This document shows positions 51,471 to 61,450 of a stretch of DNA of 64,000 nt, one piece after another. Every line of letters starts with the position of its first letter. Position 1 is the stretch's first letter. Source of the stretch: Nitrosopumilus sp. (GTDB lineage: Archaea > Thermoproteota > Nitrososphaeria > Nitrososphaerales > Nitrosopumilaceae). The position numbers were made by a program, and so were the translations under genes. Below the pieces are notes generated by a model that saw only the letters and a list, made by a program, of their open reading frames with translations, did no database searches and was not told where the DNA came from. The DNA is taken from positions 1 to 64,000 of the forward strand of contig OY763927.2 in assembly GCA_963667665.2 (NCBI GenBank), in the 5' to 3' direction.

Positions 51471-51935
51471 ATGATAACTAAGAAAATTCTTGTTGTATTT
51501 GTTTTACCTGCAATTTTTTCACTAATTTTTGGTTCTGCAGTAATGGCTGAAATTCTCCAGAAACCAGATAGAGAATTAAACATGTGGCCAGTTTCTTCCT
51601 CAGAAGGATTTTCTAATAATCCTGACCCTATTGAGATAATTGGTTTATCAAAACAATATTCCACTTCTGAACCTATAGAAATCCAAGTCAAAATTGGTGA
51701 TTCTTCTTTTGATTGTGGAGATCTTTATGTTACAATTTACTCTTCTGGAAAAAATAGTGTGATTACTCAAAGTGGATTCCTTGAACAATGCTTTGAGCAG
51801 GACAGTACAATTCTTCCTGTAGGAGACAAATTTTCTATAGTAATTGACACTACTGGTTCTTATGAGATAGTTGCAGAAATGGTCTCAAAAAAACTTATGA
51901 ATATCTCAACAAGTGAGGTATTTACTATTAATTAG
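51471..51935 (+). CDS. Secreted hypothetical protein
   Basis: Signal peptide. Confidence 0.7.
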   Translation: MITKKILVVFVLPAIFSLIFGSAVMAEILQKPDRELNMWPVSSSEGFSNNPDPIEIIGLSKQYSTSEPIEIQVKIGDSSFDCGDLYVTIYSSGKNSVITQSGFLEQCFEQDSTILPVGDKFSIVIDTTGSYEIVAEMVSKKLMNISTSEVFTIN

Positions 51936-51987
51936 GAATGAAATATTGCATGATAACTAAGAAAATGAATTTACAAAATGAGGTGAT

Positions 51988-53133
51988 TTGATGGCAAAGA
52001 AAAAAGATTCTTTAATTGATGAAGCAAAAAAAATTAAAGCAGAACTTGATGAATTGAAAAAGAAAAAGAAAATTCTAGATACACCCAAATTAAAGAAAGC
52101 TGAAGCAAAATCAGTAAAGAAAACAAAGAAAGCTGAAGCAAAACCAGTAAAGAAAACAAAGAAAGCTGAAGCAAAACCAGTAAAGAAAACAAAGAAAGCT
52201 GAAGCAAAACCAGCAAAGAAAACAAAGAAAGCTGAAGCAAAACCAGCAAAGAAAACAAAGAAAGCTGAAGCAAAACCAGCAAAGAAAACAAAGAAAGCTG
52301 AAGCAAAACCAGCAAAGAAAACAAAGAAAGCTGAAGCAAAACCAGCAAAGAAAACAAAGAAAGCTGAAGCAAAACCAGCAAAGAAAACAAAGAAAGCTGA
52401 AGCAAAACCAGCAAAGAAAACAAAGAAAGCTGAAGCAAAACCAGCAAAGAAAACAAAGAAAGCTGAAGCAAAACCAGCAAAGAAAACAAAGAAAGCTGAA
52501 GCAAAACCAGCAAAGAAAACAAAGAAAGCTGAAGCAAAACCAGCAAAGAAAACAAAGAAAGCTGAAGCAAAACCAGCAAAGAAAACAAAGAAAGCTGAAG
52601 CAAAACCAGCAAAGAAAACAAAGAAAGCTGAAGCAAAACCAGCAAAACCAAAAAAATTAACTAAAAAAGAATTAGAAGAAATTAAAAGAATAGAAGAATT
52701 AACTCTTGAAGAAGAATTAGAAGAACAACTTTCAGATAAAGAAATTGAAAACTTTCAGATTGAAAAAGTTGACATGGAAAGACTTACCAACAAAGTTTGT
52801 GATATTTTAGCGGAACGTGAATCAGATGGAATGTTTCAAAGTGAATTATGGAAAAAACTTAAACTTACAAATCAGGTTGGTTCTCGTCTAGCATTAAAAC
52901 TTGAACGAATGGGAACAATTACACGATCAAAACTTCTTGAAAAGGAACGTTGGACTTACAAATTAATTTTAAAGAAGACTCCAATCAGTACTCAATCAAT
53001 TGTAAATGCACCTTGTTTGGTTTGTCCTGTTGAACAGAAATGTTCCCTTGAAGGTGAAATTAGTCCAAGAACTTGTCAATTAATTGAAGACTGGGTAATT
53101 ATTGAAATGAAAAAACCGCTGAAGACCAAATGA
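51988..53133 (+). CDS. TFE-beta/RPC34-like transcription factor (wHTH + 4-Cys cluster) with histone-H1-like N-terminal repeats
   Basis: GMFQSELWKKL wHTH; PCLVCPVEQKC...ISPRTC...W. Confidence 0.8.
   Translation: MMAKKKDSLIDEAKKIKAELDELKKKKKILDTPKLKKAEAKSVKKTKKAEAKPVKKTKKAEAKPVKKTKKAEAKPAKKTKKAEAKPAKKTKKAEAKPAKKTKKAEAKPAKKTKKAEAKPAKKTKKAEAKPAKKTKKAEAKPAKKTKKAEAKPAKKTKKAEAKPAKKTKKAEAKPAKKTKKAEAKPAKKTKKAEAKPAKKTKKAEAKPAKKTKKAEAKPAKPKKLTKKELEEIKRIEELTLEEELEEQLSDKEIENFQIEKVDMERLTNKVCDILAERESDGMFQSELWKKLKLTNQVGSRLALKLERMGTITRSKLLEKERWTYKLILKKTPISTQSIVNAPCLVCPVEQKCSLEGEISPRTCQLIEDWVIIEMKKPLKTK
52093..52646 (+). repeat. 33-bp tandem repeat (KKAEAKPAKKT), 16 full copies plus a partial one
   Basis: aagaaagctgaagcaaaaccagcaaagaaaaca. 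Confidence 0.95.
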
Positions 53134-53723
53134 AACTATTAGATGCTCGTAAAGATTACTATCGAAAATTAGCACATGAACAAGGTTTTCGAAGTAGATC
53201 TGCATACAAACTTAAAGATCTAAACAAATCATATCGTCTGATTGGTCCAGGATTTAATGTTCTTGATTTAGGATGTGCTCCTGGTGGTTGGAGTCAGATG
53301 GCTGTAAAATTAGCAGGAAATCAAGGTAAAGTTATGGGAATTGATTTAGACTATGTTGAAGAGATTCCAGGTGCTTATCTTATTAGAGAAAATATTGAAG
53401 ATGAACATGTAATTGATGAGATAATGTCTTATTTTGGTCGTAAAGTTAATGCTGTAATATGTGATCTTTCTCCTAAAGTTAGCGGAAATTGGTCAGTTGA
53501 TCATGCTAAGCAAATCTCTTTGAATTATGATTGTACTAAAATTATGGATAAAGTTCTAGCAAACAAAGGAAATGCTGTCTTTAAAATTTTTGATGGTGAA
53601 CATTCAATGGAATTCAGAGATTATGTAAAGAAAAAATTTGCTAGAATAAATCTAACAAAACCTAAAGCTAGTAGAAAACAAAGTAGTGAATTATACTGTG
53701 TTTGTCTAGGTTTTATTGGATAG
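53130..53723 (+). CDS. rlmE: 23S rRNA 2'-O-methyltransferase RlmE/FtsJ
   Basis: RSRSAYKL, DLGCAPGGWSQ, KPKASRKQSSE. Confidence 0.95.
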   Translation: MKLLDARKDYYRKLAHEQGFRSRSAYKLKDLNKSYRLIGPGFNVLDLGCAPGGWSQMAVKLAGNQGKVMGIDLDYVEEIPGAYLIRENIEDEHVIDEIMSYFGRKVNAVICDLSPKVSGNWSVDHAKQISLNYDCTKIMDKVLANKGNAVFKIFDGEHSMEFRDYVKKKFARINLTKPKASRKQSSELYCVCLGFIG

Positions 53724-54861
53724 TCTGAAATATTTCTATTATTTCGGTTATTTTTGCGTCTGTTCTAAACCCTGTTGGACTAAATGATGTAACACTTGCT
53801 ACAAAGTTATTTTTCTGTAAATATGATATTGCATTTTCTAATTTTGGAGGAGATGATTTCATTTTTGATGCAATCTCATCTAATGTAAAATATGTTCCTG
53901 GCATTTCTGATTCTGCAAGACATTTGTGAAGAGTTTTTTCACAAACCTTGTCTACTTCTAAATTTTGAACTTCTAATAACATGTCTTGAATAAATTCTTT
54001 GTTGAAAATATTCCCTATCCATAAAGGTCCTGCAATACTGATTTTTAATTTACATAATTCACATTCTTGCTCTTGCTCTAATGTAATTTTTCTATGTCCA
54101 CAATTTTTACAATGTAGAATATATCCAATATTTTCTTGTTGATCTGGTCTGTTTAGAACTTTAACATATGTTCTATAGTAGTGCATGTCACTTTCTACAA
54201 ACAAAGGAATCACTTGAACTCCTAATCTTGCTGCTACCACTCTAAGACAACCAAGAACTAATCTAATTGCCATTTCATTTCCATATTCTGTTCTAACCGG
54301 AATTCCACCATACTTTCTCTTACATGCTCCTTGAAAGAGTCCGTTTAGAACTTGAAGATCTGTAGCAGCTGTAGATAAAATTCCACCATGCATAGTTGCT
54401 CTAATACCACAGTCAAAAAATGCTGCAGGGGAGCCAAACGGGTCTATATCGATAATTGAGCCTCTTTCTCCTTTTCTTGAGTAATTACTAAAAAACCTAC
54501 AAACCTCTTTTTCAGAAAATTCAATATTTTTTATATTGTTCAATTTGGCTGAATATTCAGCAATTTTTAGAGCAGTTGGATTTAGATCATTAATTACTAT
54601 ATTTTCAATTTTTAACTCATTTGCAACTCTTAATCCTCTTGCACCCGTTCCTGATAATCCTTCCAAGAAAATCTTTGGACCTTGAAAATTTTTTAGAAAT
54701 GCAGCATATGCTATAACTGAAAAATCTCTATTCAATTTTGCCTTTGGATTGAAAAACACTGGTTTTTTTGGTGGAACTTTTTCTGTAATTGATTTTTTTG
54801 GGACAAGCAGTTTTGTTTTACCCTCTATAATTTCTTGAAAAGATTCGTTTGGGATTTCCAA
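53713..54861 (-). CDS. trm1: tRNA (guanine26-N2)-dimethyltransferase
   Basis: VFFNP..NRD, DIDPFGSP, AGPLWIG. Confidence 0.95.
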   Translation of the reverse strand: MEIPNESFQEIIEGKTKLLVPKKSITEKVPPKKPVFFNPKAKLNRDFSVIAYAAFLKNFQGPKIFLEGLSGTGARGLRVANELKIENIVINDLNPTALKIAEYSAKLNNIKNIEFSEKEVCRFFSNYSRKGERGSIIDIDPFGSPAAFFDCGIRATMHGGILSTAATDLQVLNGLFQGACKRKYGGIPVRTEYGNEMAIRLVLGCLRVVAARLGVQVIPLFVESDMHYYRTYVKVLNRPDQQENIGYILHCKNCGHRKITLEQEQECELCKLKISIAGPLWIGNIFNKEFIQDMLLEVQNLEVDKVCEKTLHKCLAESEMPGTYFTLDEIASKMKSSPPKLENAISYLQKNNFVASVTSFSPTGFRTDAKITEIIEIFQTIQ

Positions 54862-54899
54862 TTATTTTCTGTTTATCTTGGTCTCTAACGGTTTAATAC

Positions 54900-55541
54900 T
54901 TGTGTTTTAAGATAAAATTCGTGCAAATTTGTGGTATTGATGATGCTGGACGTGGCTCTATGTTGGGACCTTTAGTTATAGCAGGAGTTTCTTTGGATAA
55001 AAGAAAATTAAGAAAACTATCTTCGTTAGGTGTAAAAGATTCAAAAAAACTTTCACCCAAATTACGTGAACATCTTTACAAAAAAATTATTGAAATTGTT
55101 GATGATTACTACATTGCAAAAATTTCTCCAAGATCAATTGATGCTAATGTTAAGAAACATTGTCTAAACGGTTTGGAGGCAAAATATATGGCAAAAGTTG
55201 TTTCAAAACTAAATCCTGATACATCATATGTTGATTCATGTGATGTCAATCCAAGAAGATTTGGAAAAGAAATATCAAAACTATCTAACAATCATAAAAT
55301 TAAATCATATCATCATGCAGATAGCAGATTTGTGGTAGTTTCTGCTGCCTCCATTCTTGCAAAAGTAGCAAGAGACAGAACAATTGCAAAGTTAAGAAAA
55401 AATCATAATTTGGGAAGTGGCTATCCTTCAGATTCACTAAGTGTGAAATTTGTGACTAAATATTACAAAAAAAATCATACAATGCCCAGTTTTGTGCGTA
55501 AAAGTTGGAAGCCTATTCTGCGAATCTTAGATAATAACTAG
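54900..55541 (+). CDS. rnhB: Ribonuclease HII (start probably GTG 54921)
   Basis: GIDDAGRG, DSKKL, SAASILAKV, GSGYPSD. Confidence 0.96.
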   Translation: MCFKIKFVQICGIDDAGRGSMLGPLVIAGVSLDKRKLRKLSSLGVKDSKKLSPKLREHLYKKIIEIVDDYYIAKISPRSIDANVKKHCLNGLEAKYMAKVVSKLNPDTSYVDSCDVNPRRFGKEISKLSNNHKIKSYHHADSRFVVVSAASILAKVARDRTIAKLRKNHNLGSGYPSDSLSVKFVTKYYKKNHTMPSFVRKSWKPILRILDNN

Positions 55542-56212
55542 CCTCTATATTTTGAAATTACCATTGCATGATCTTTGTCATATGGATGTAAATTTATTGA
55601 CTGTAAAATATCAAAATTTGTTTTTAGTTTCTCTATTTCTTGTTCAATAATTTTTTTTGGAGATTTTGTAACATCTATACTTCTTGTCTTAATAACTAAA
55701 AAGAAATACCCTCCTTTTTTTAGAAACAAATGACAATTATCTATGGCAATTTTTGTTTGATCAGGTTGAGCAATATCTACATAGACGATATCCACTTTTC
55801 CAAATACAGAAAAGTATTCTTTAGGTTTTCTAGCATCTTTAAGAATTGGAATTATATTTGTTCTAAATGTTGCAACTCTATCTAAAAAATCTCTTGCAAC
55901 TCTACTTGCATGCTCAACACTAAACACTATTCCACTTGGACCAACTATATCTGAAACGTGACTTACAGTTGTTCCAGTTGATGCTCCAAGATAAAGAACC
56001 TTAGATTTATTTTCAAAAGGAAATTCTTCAAGTTCATTCATTATGGATGCTGCTAATTTACTTCTAAACGGATCCCATAATCTATACTCGACTCCTTGTT
56101 TGATAATTAATTTTTCTTTGTATACTTGATTACCTGGAACCAAATTTTCAGTAGCTAGTTTTTTTTCGCCTTCTGATTTAATCCAAAAAAATGATTGATT
56201 ACCTTCTTCCAA
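55538..56212 (-). CDS. flpA: Fibrillarin-like rRNA/tRNA 2'-O-methyltransferase
   Basis: WDPFRSKLAA, LYLGASTGTTVSH, DIAQPDQ; TTG start at 56212. Confidence 0.95.
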   Translation of the reverse strand: MEEGNQSFFWIKSEGEKKLATENLVPGNQVYKEKLIIKQGVEYRLWDPFRSKLAASIMNELEEFPFENKSKVLYLGASTGTTVSHVSDIVGPSGIVFSVEHASRVARDFLDRVATFRTNIIPILKDARKPKEYFSVFGKVDIVYVDIAQPDQTKIAIDNCHLFLKKGGYFFLVIKTRSIDVTKSPKKIIEQEIEKLKTNFDILQSINLHPYDKDHAMVISKYRG

Positions 56213-57575
56213 ACTTATTTCTCTTTCTTGAATCTGATCTTCCTTTATACTTTCTATCGTTCCTTTCTCCATCATCTCTAGAACCTCTATCGTCTCTTCC
56301 ACCACCTCTATCGTCTCTTGAATATCTGGAACCTCTATCGTCTCTTCTTCTTCCACCACCTCTATCGTCTCTTCTTCTTCCACCACCTCTATCATCTCTT
56401 GAATATCTAGAACCTCTTTCTTCTCGTCTAAACGATTCAGGTTTTCTGATATCTTTTTCAGTTGGATTCTCATATTTTTTGCCTATTTCATCAACTCTGA
56501 TATTGAGTTTTTCAAGCAAAGTATGGTTTAATCCCTCTCCGTAAACATCAACTCTTGCAGCAATGACTGCCTTTGCAGCAACTGCACGTGCAATTTTTCC
56601 TCTTTGCCATCTTGGAGCCGAATGAACCATTGCATGTTGGAATAGCAATCCGTGTTTTGGTGGTTGAGAACCTGTCTTTAATGATCTAAACAATGCTTTT
56701 TCAGCTCCTAATACTTGTATTGTACTAGCAGGAAGAGATGCTAATCTTTTGAGACTTCCAGCTCTTCCTAAAATTCTTGCACCAACTGCACTACCAAGTA
56801 TTACTGAAAGATTTGGTGCAATTAATGTCATTTCAGATTCTACATGTTCTTCAAGTTTTTTACGTAAATCATGAAAGTCTAAAATTTGTTTTGCAATTGA
56901 TTGCACTATTGCCAAATTAACATCAGAGATATCACCACCTCTACTTTTTGAAGAAATTAAAGATAACATTTCTACTTTTGTTTCTGGAAAACCTGCCTCT
57001 TCAAAAACTTGTTTTGTTAATGATTCACGTTTTCCCGCCATTACAATTTGTGCATATCCATTGATGCTATCAATAATATTATCTATTTCTGGAAAATGTA
57101 ATCCATACCATTCTCTAAGTCTTGAACTTAATGCATTTGCTATCTTGTCAATTTCATCTAGTGAATTAATTGCTTGAATGATATGAAGATCTGGACTTTG
57201 TGATACTTCTGTAACTATTGAAGATGATAATCCTAGAGCAAATTCTCTAAGTTTTCCTAATGTGTCTTGAAGATTAGATGCAAAACCTGAATCAACAATT
57301 ATTTGTGGTTTTGTTTCTTGTACTATTTCTAACTCTGTAGAATCCATAATTTGACAATCAGTGGATGATTTTTTTAAAATCTCAAGTAATGATTGATCAC
57401 TTACAGAAACCACTCTTTGAATTGTAGCTAGATAATTTAAGAGCTCATTGAGTTTAGCCTCTTTATTTTTCACTGAAAGATACTCTTTTACAGAATTTGA
57501 GAAAGGAAATGCCTTTTCAAGTTTTTTGTCATTGAAAACTGAGATTCCCAATTCTGTTAAAATCACAGAATACAT
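56199..57575 (-). CDS. nop5: Box C/D RNP protein Nop5 (Nop56/58) with RDDRGG-repeat tail
   Basis: REWYGLHFPE, STIQVLGAEKALF, PKHG. Confidence 0.96.
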   Translation of the reverse strand: MYSVILTELGISVFNDKKLEKAFPFSNSVKEYLSVKNKEAKLNELLNYLATIQRVVSVSDQSLLEILKKSSTDCQIMDSTELEIVQETKPQIIVDSGFASNLQDTLGKLREFALGLSSSIVTEVSQSPDLHIIQAINSLDEIDKIANALSSRLREWYGLHFPEIDNIIDSINGYAQIVMAGKRESLTKQVFEEAGFPETKVEMLSLISSKSRGGDISDVNLAIVQSIAKQILDFHDLRKKLEEHVESEMTLIAPNLSVILGSAVGARILGRAGSLKRLASLPASTIQVLGAEKALFRSLKTGSQPPKHGLLFQHAMVHSAPRWQRGKIARAVAAKAVIAARVDVYGEGLNHTLLEKLNIRVDEIGKKYENPTEKDIRKPESFRREERGSRYSRDDRGGGRRRDDRGGGRRRDDRGSRYSRDDRGGGRDDRGSRDDGERNDRKYKGRSDSRKRNKFGRR

Positions 57576-57618
57576 GAATAGTTGAATCTAAATCACCTTT
57601 AAAAAAGGTACCAGAATT

Positions 57619-58572
57619 GTGAATCAACTGTTATATTCGAAACTAGGTCCATTAATCAAAGTGGAATCCCATCTTGCAACTTCAATAGGTAAAATTCAAT
57701 TAGATAGACCTGTAATGTTGGCATCAGGAATTCTGGGAATCTCATTAGATGTGTTTAATCGGTTATATCGCTCTGGAGCCGGAGCTGTGGTAACAAAATC
57801 TCTTAGCAAGGAACCTTGGGAAGGTTATCCAAATCCAACTATCTTTAGTGTAAAAGGTGAAGGCTGGATTAATGCTGTAGGCCTATCAAATCCTGGAGCA
57901 CCAAATTTTGCTAAAATAATTGAATCCAACAAAGATGTTCCAATAATAGTTAGTTTGGTGGGTTCAATTCCTGAAGACTTTGAAATGATGATTAAAGAAT
58001 TTGAAAATTGTAAAGTTACAGCATATGAACTAAATCTATCATGTCCTCATGTAGCTAAAGTTGGTTTAGAAGTAGGCGATGATCCAGAACTGGTAAAAAA
58101 AATTGTTACTACTGTCAAAAACTCTACTAATGTTCCAGTAATTGCCAAAGTTGGCTTGGGAACAACTCACTATTTGAATACTGTAAGTACAGCAATTGAT
58201 TCTGGAATTGATGCTATTACTGCAATCAATACTGTTAGAGCAATGGCAATAGATGTTGAAACAAAACGTCCAATTCTAAGCAATAAATTTGGTGGATTGT
58301 CTGGTACTCCAATTAAGCCAATTGCACTAAGATGTGTTTATGAAATTTCTTCAAAATATAATATTCCAATAATTGGATGTGGTGGTATATCTACATGGGA
58401 AGATGCAGTTGAATTTTTCTTAGCTGGAGCATCTGCAATACAAATTGGTAGTGCTATTGGTGATAATTGGATTAATGCCTTTAGTGATATCAATAACGGA
58501 ATAATTTCATACATGGAAAGAAATGGTTTTTCAAAAATAGAGGATATGGTAGGTATTGCAAAGAAATCATAA
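57619..58572 (+). CDS. pyrD: Dihydroorotate dehydrogenase 1B catalytic subunit
   Basis: MLASG, ELNLSCPH, GGLSG..IKP. Confidence 0.95.
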   Translation: MNQLLYSKLGPLIKVESHLATSIGKIQLDRPVMLASGILGISLDVFNRLYRSGAGAVVTKSLSKEPWEGYPNPTIFSVKGEGWINAVGLSNPGAPNFAKIIESNKDVPIIVSLVGSIPEDFEMMIKEFENCKVTAYELNLSCPHVAKVGLEVGDDPELVKKIVTTVKNSTNVPVIAKVGLGTTHYLNTVSTAIDSGIDAITAINTVRAMAIDVETKRPILSNKFGGLSGTPIKPIALRCVYEISSKYNIPIIGCGGISTWEDAVEFFLAGASAIQIGSAIGDNWINAFSDINNGIISYMERNGFSKIEDMVGIAKKS

Positions 58573-59368
58573 TCATCCAACAATTGTAACAATTGAAAAA
58601 ATAATTGATGAAACACCAACTGTTAGAACTTTAGTTTTTTCAGATGAAGTAATGTCAAATGTTCTTCCAGGACAATTTGCAATGGTTTGGATTCCTGGAG
58701 TAAATGAATTACCAATGAGTGTAATGATTTCAAAAGAATCTGGGAAGGCTGCATTTACTGTAAGAAAACATGGACCTGCTTCTACTGGTTTATTCAATGT
58801 TAAAGTTGGAGGAAAAATTGGAGTTCGAGGTCCATATGGAAACTCTTTTGATATCAAAGAAGGAAAACTTTTGCTAGTTGGCGGTGGAACTGGCCTTGTA
58901 CCTATGATGCGATTACTTACTTTTGTAAAATCTACAGATGATGTCACTGTTTTAATTGGTGCCAAATCAAAAGACGAAGTATTCTTTGAAGATTTAGCTA
59001 ACAGTCTTTTGAAAAATAATACTCATCAAGTAATTGTTTCCACAGATGATGGAAGTTATGGCGAAAAAGGTTTTGTAACTGATTTAGTAGAAAAACTTGT
59101 CAATGAAACCCACTTTGATGCTGTGTATGTCTGCGGTCCTGAGATTATGATGCATAAAACAGTCCAATCAGCTAATTCTAGGGACATATTTGTTCAAGCC
59201 AGCCTTGAGCGAATGATGAAATGTGGAGTTGGAATTTGTGGTAGTTGTTGTGTTGGTGAGGATCTTGTTTGTAGGGACGGAACAATATTTGATGGACAAC
59301 ATCTTTCCTCAAACAAGGAATTTGGATATTTTTACAGAAACAAGGCTGGAATTTTAGAAAATTACTAA
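58556..59368 (+). CDS. pyrK: Dihydroorotate dehydrogenase electron-transfer subunit
   Basis: GPYGN, GGGTG, CGP, MKCGVGICGSC. Confidence 0.95.
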   Translation: MQRNHNHPTIVTIEKIIDETPTVRTLVFSDEVMSNVLPGQFAMVWIPGVNELPMSVMISKESGKAAFTVRKHGPASTGLFNVKVGGKIGVRGPYGNSFDIKEGKLLLVGGGTGLVPMMRLLTFVKSTDDVTVLIGAKSKDEVFFEDLANSLLKNNTHQVIVSTDDGSYGEKGFVTDLVEKLVNETHFDAVYVCGPEIMMHKTVQSANSRDIFVQASLERMMKCGVGICGSCCVGEDLVCRDGTIFDGQHLSSNKEFGYFYRNKAGILENY

Positions 59369-59410
59369 GTTTAACCAGCAAGGTTTAAACTAAATCATAA
59401 AATTAATTTC

Positions 59411-61144
59411 GTGAAGGTAATGGGAACTCCAAAGATTGTTTTAACTGCTGATCGTACTTTGATGTCACCTTATAGAGGATTATCTCTGGCTACATTTTTT
59501 GGATGTGCACCAGCTCTTGACCCTCATAGGAAAAAAAACAGTTTTTGGTACAAGATTCTTGGAAACCAAGTTACTCCAAAAATTCTATTTGATTTTATTT
59601 GTAACTATATTCCTCATACAAATGGAGTTGCAAATTATGCACCATATGGATTAAGAAAATTAGAGGCCGGTTTGTTACGAGATGGATTTAGCAGACAAGA
59701 TGTTGTAGTTGCTCACCCTGATCATATTGAACAATTCATTGGACCTGAAACACAAGTTATTGGAACATATGAAATGGATCCTCTTGGAATGGGTCCAGTA
59801 ACAATGACGTTTACTTATGGTAGAAAACAAATCTCTTATGATGAATTTTACAATACTGAATTACATCATAGAATAAAGGTTGCCAAAGCAAAAACTGGAA
59901 GTAAAGCAAAAGTAATTTCTGGTGCATCTGGCACATGGCAGTATAACTATGATCCTGAAAAAATTGAAGAATTTGGTATCTATGCAATTTTAGAAGGAGA
60001 ACTTGGTGGCATTGCACCAGAAATTGATGGCCATGCAGGAAGATTTTTTAACTATTTGATTAACGGTGACTTTGAAAACATGGATCCTTTCAGAAAGAGA
60101 AGTGACTTTAAAGTAAACATTAAGGAATTTGAAAGAAACGGAAAAAAGATTCATGGACGATTTGTTAATTTCTGGGATAGACCTGACATGGATGAAATTC
60201 CTGATATTGTTGAACCAAGTATGCACGGAATGGTTGAAGTAATGCGTGGATGTGGACGTGGTTGTAAATTCTGTGATGTTACATTAAGATCATTGAGATA
60301 CTATCCACCAGAAAAAGTTGTAAAAGAAATTGAAGTTAACATGAAGAAAGGTGGTGCAAAATCTGCATGGATTCATAGTGATGATATTTTTGTTTATGGA
60401 ATGGATCCAAGGACTGCAAAGGGAATGGAACCAAACAGAGAAGCACTTGAAGAATTGTTTACTGCAATCATGTCTACTGGTGTGGAGCACACAAATCCAA
60501 CACATGGAACATTGGCAGGAGCAATAGCTGATGAAAAACTTCTTCCAAATCTTTCAAAAATCATCAACGCCAGTGCTGATAACCTGATTGGTGTCCAAGT
60601 TGGATTTGAGACTGGTAGTTTGAGATTAATTGAGAAATATGCTGATAGAAAACTTGCACCTTATCGCCCCGAAGAATGGCATTGGGTTGTAAAAGAAGGT
60701 GTAAAGACAATGAATGAAAACCATTGGATTCCAGCATTTACTCTTATCATGGGTCTTGATAATGATGAAACTCCTGAAGATTCATGGGACTCTATTCGTT
60801 TGATTAGTGAGTTAGAACATGAACAACCAGATTCAATGTTTACTGCTACTGCACTAACATTTGTTCCAATTGGATTACTAGAAAAATCTGATTTCTTTAA
60901 CATTGGAAATGAAATGACTCCTGCACAACTAGGTGTTTTATACAAAACATGGCAACATAACTTCAAATACGGTATTCAAAAATTTATGACCAAGACTGGT
61001 GATAAAGGCACTGGAAGGTTATTCTTTAATGCACTGGCAAGATCTCTTGGTGGTATTCCACTTAGTGCAATGGAGAAATATGCACGTAGAAAGAGTAAGG
61101 AACACGAACGAGTAATTGAGATTATAAAAAACAAGTACTGGTAG
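59411..61144 (+). CDS. B12-binding-type radical SAM protein
   Basis: RGCGRGCKFC, APYGLRK. Confidence 0.88.
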   Translation: MKVMGTPKIVLTADRTLMSPYRGLSLATFFGCAPALDPHRKKNSFWYKILGNQVTPKILFDFICNYIPHTNGVANYAPYGLRKLEAGLLRDGFSRQDVVVAHPDHIEQFIGPETQVIGTYEMDPLGMGPVTMTFTYGRKQISYDEFYNTELHHRIKVAKAKTGSKAKVISGASGTWQYNYDPEKIEEFGIYAILEGELGGIAPEIDGHAGRFFNYLINGDFENMDPFRKRSDFKVNIKEFERNGKKIHGRFVNFWDRPDMDEIPDIVEPSMHGMVEVMRGCGRGCKFCDVTLRSLRYYPPEKVVKEIEVNMKKGGAKSAWIHSDDIFVYGMDPRTAKGMEPNREALEELFTAIMSTGVEHTNPTHGTLAGAIADEKLLPNLSKIINASADNLIGVQVGFETGSLRLIEKYADRKLAPYRPEEWHWVVKEGVKTMNENHWIPAFTLIMGLDNDETPEDSWDSIRLISELEHEQPDSMFTATALTFVPIGLLEKSDFFNIGNEMTPAQLGVLYKTWQHNFKYGIQKFMTKTGDKGTGRLFFNALARSLGGIPLSAMEKYARRKSKEHERVIEIIKNKYW

Positions 61145-61184
61145 TCATACAAATACATAAATTTACTAATTTGCATTTATTATC

Positions 61185-61367
61185 ATGGCAACACACGGTT
61201 CTATTACCAAAGCAGGTAAAGTAAGAGGACAAACTCCAAAGGTAGAAGGAAGAAAAATTGTAGGCGACAGCTCTAGTGTTGCAAACAAAGGTAATTTCAA
61301 AAAACGATTTGCTCTTGGTAGATATCCAGGACAGAACAAACCAGGCCAAAGACGAAAGAGACGATAG
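61185..61367 (+). CDS. rps30e: 30S ribosomal protein S30e
   Basis: HGSITKAGKVRGQTPKV. Confidence 0.96.
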   Translation: MATHGSITKAGKVRGQTPKVEGRKIVGDSSSVANKGNFKKRFALGRYPGQNKPGQRRKRR

Positions 61368-61450
61368 TCAATTTTTACAAAATTTTTATCATTTAACGAT
61401 CAATTAATTAAACAATACTCTTATAAAGTACTTGTACCGTACCATACGGT

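Noticed and set aside
52034-52651. Antisense Leu-rich 205-aa ORF
   Set aside because: Reverse frame of the 33-bp Lys/Ala repeat
56213-56473. Acidic N-terminal extension on fibrillarin in the ORF track
   Set aside because: Alternative frame of the Nop5 repeat tail; TTG at 56212 gives a normal-length protein
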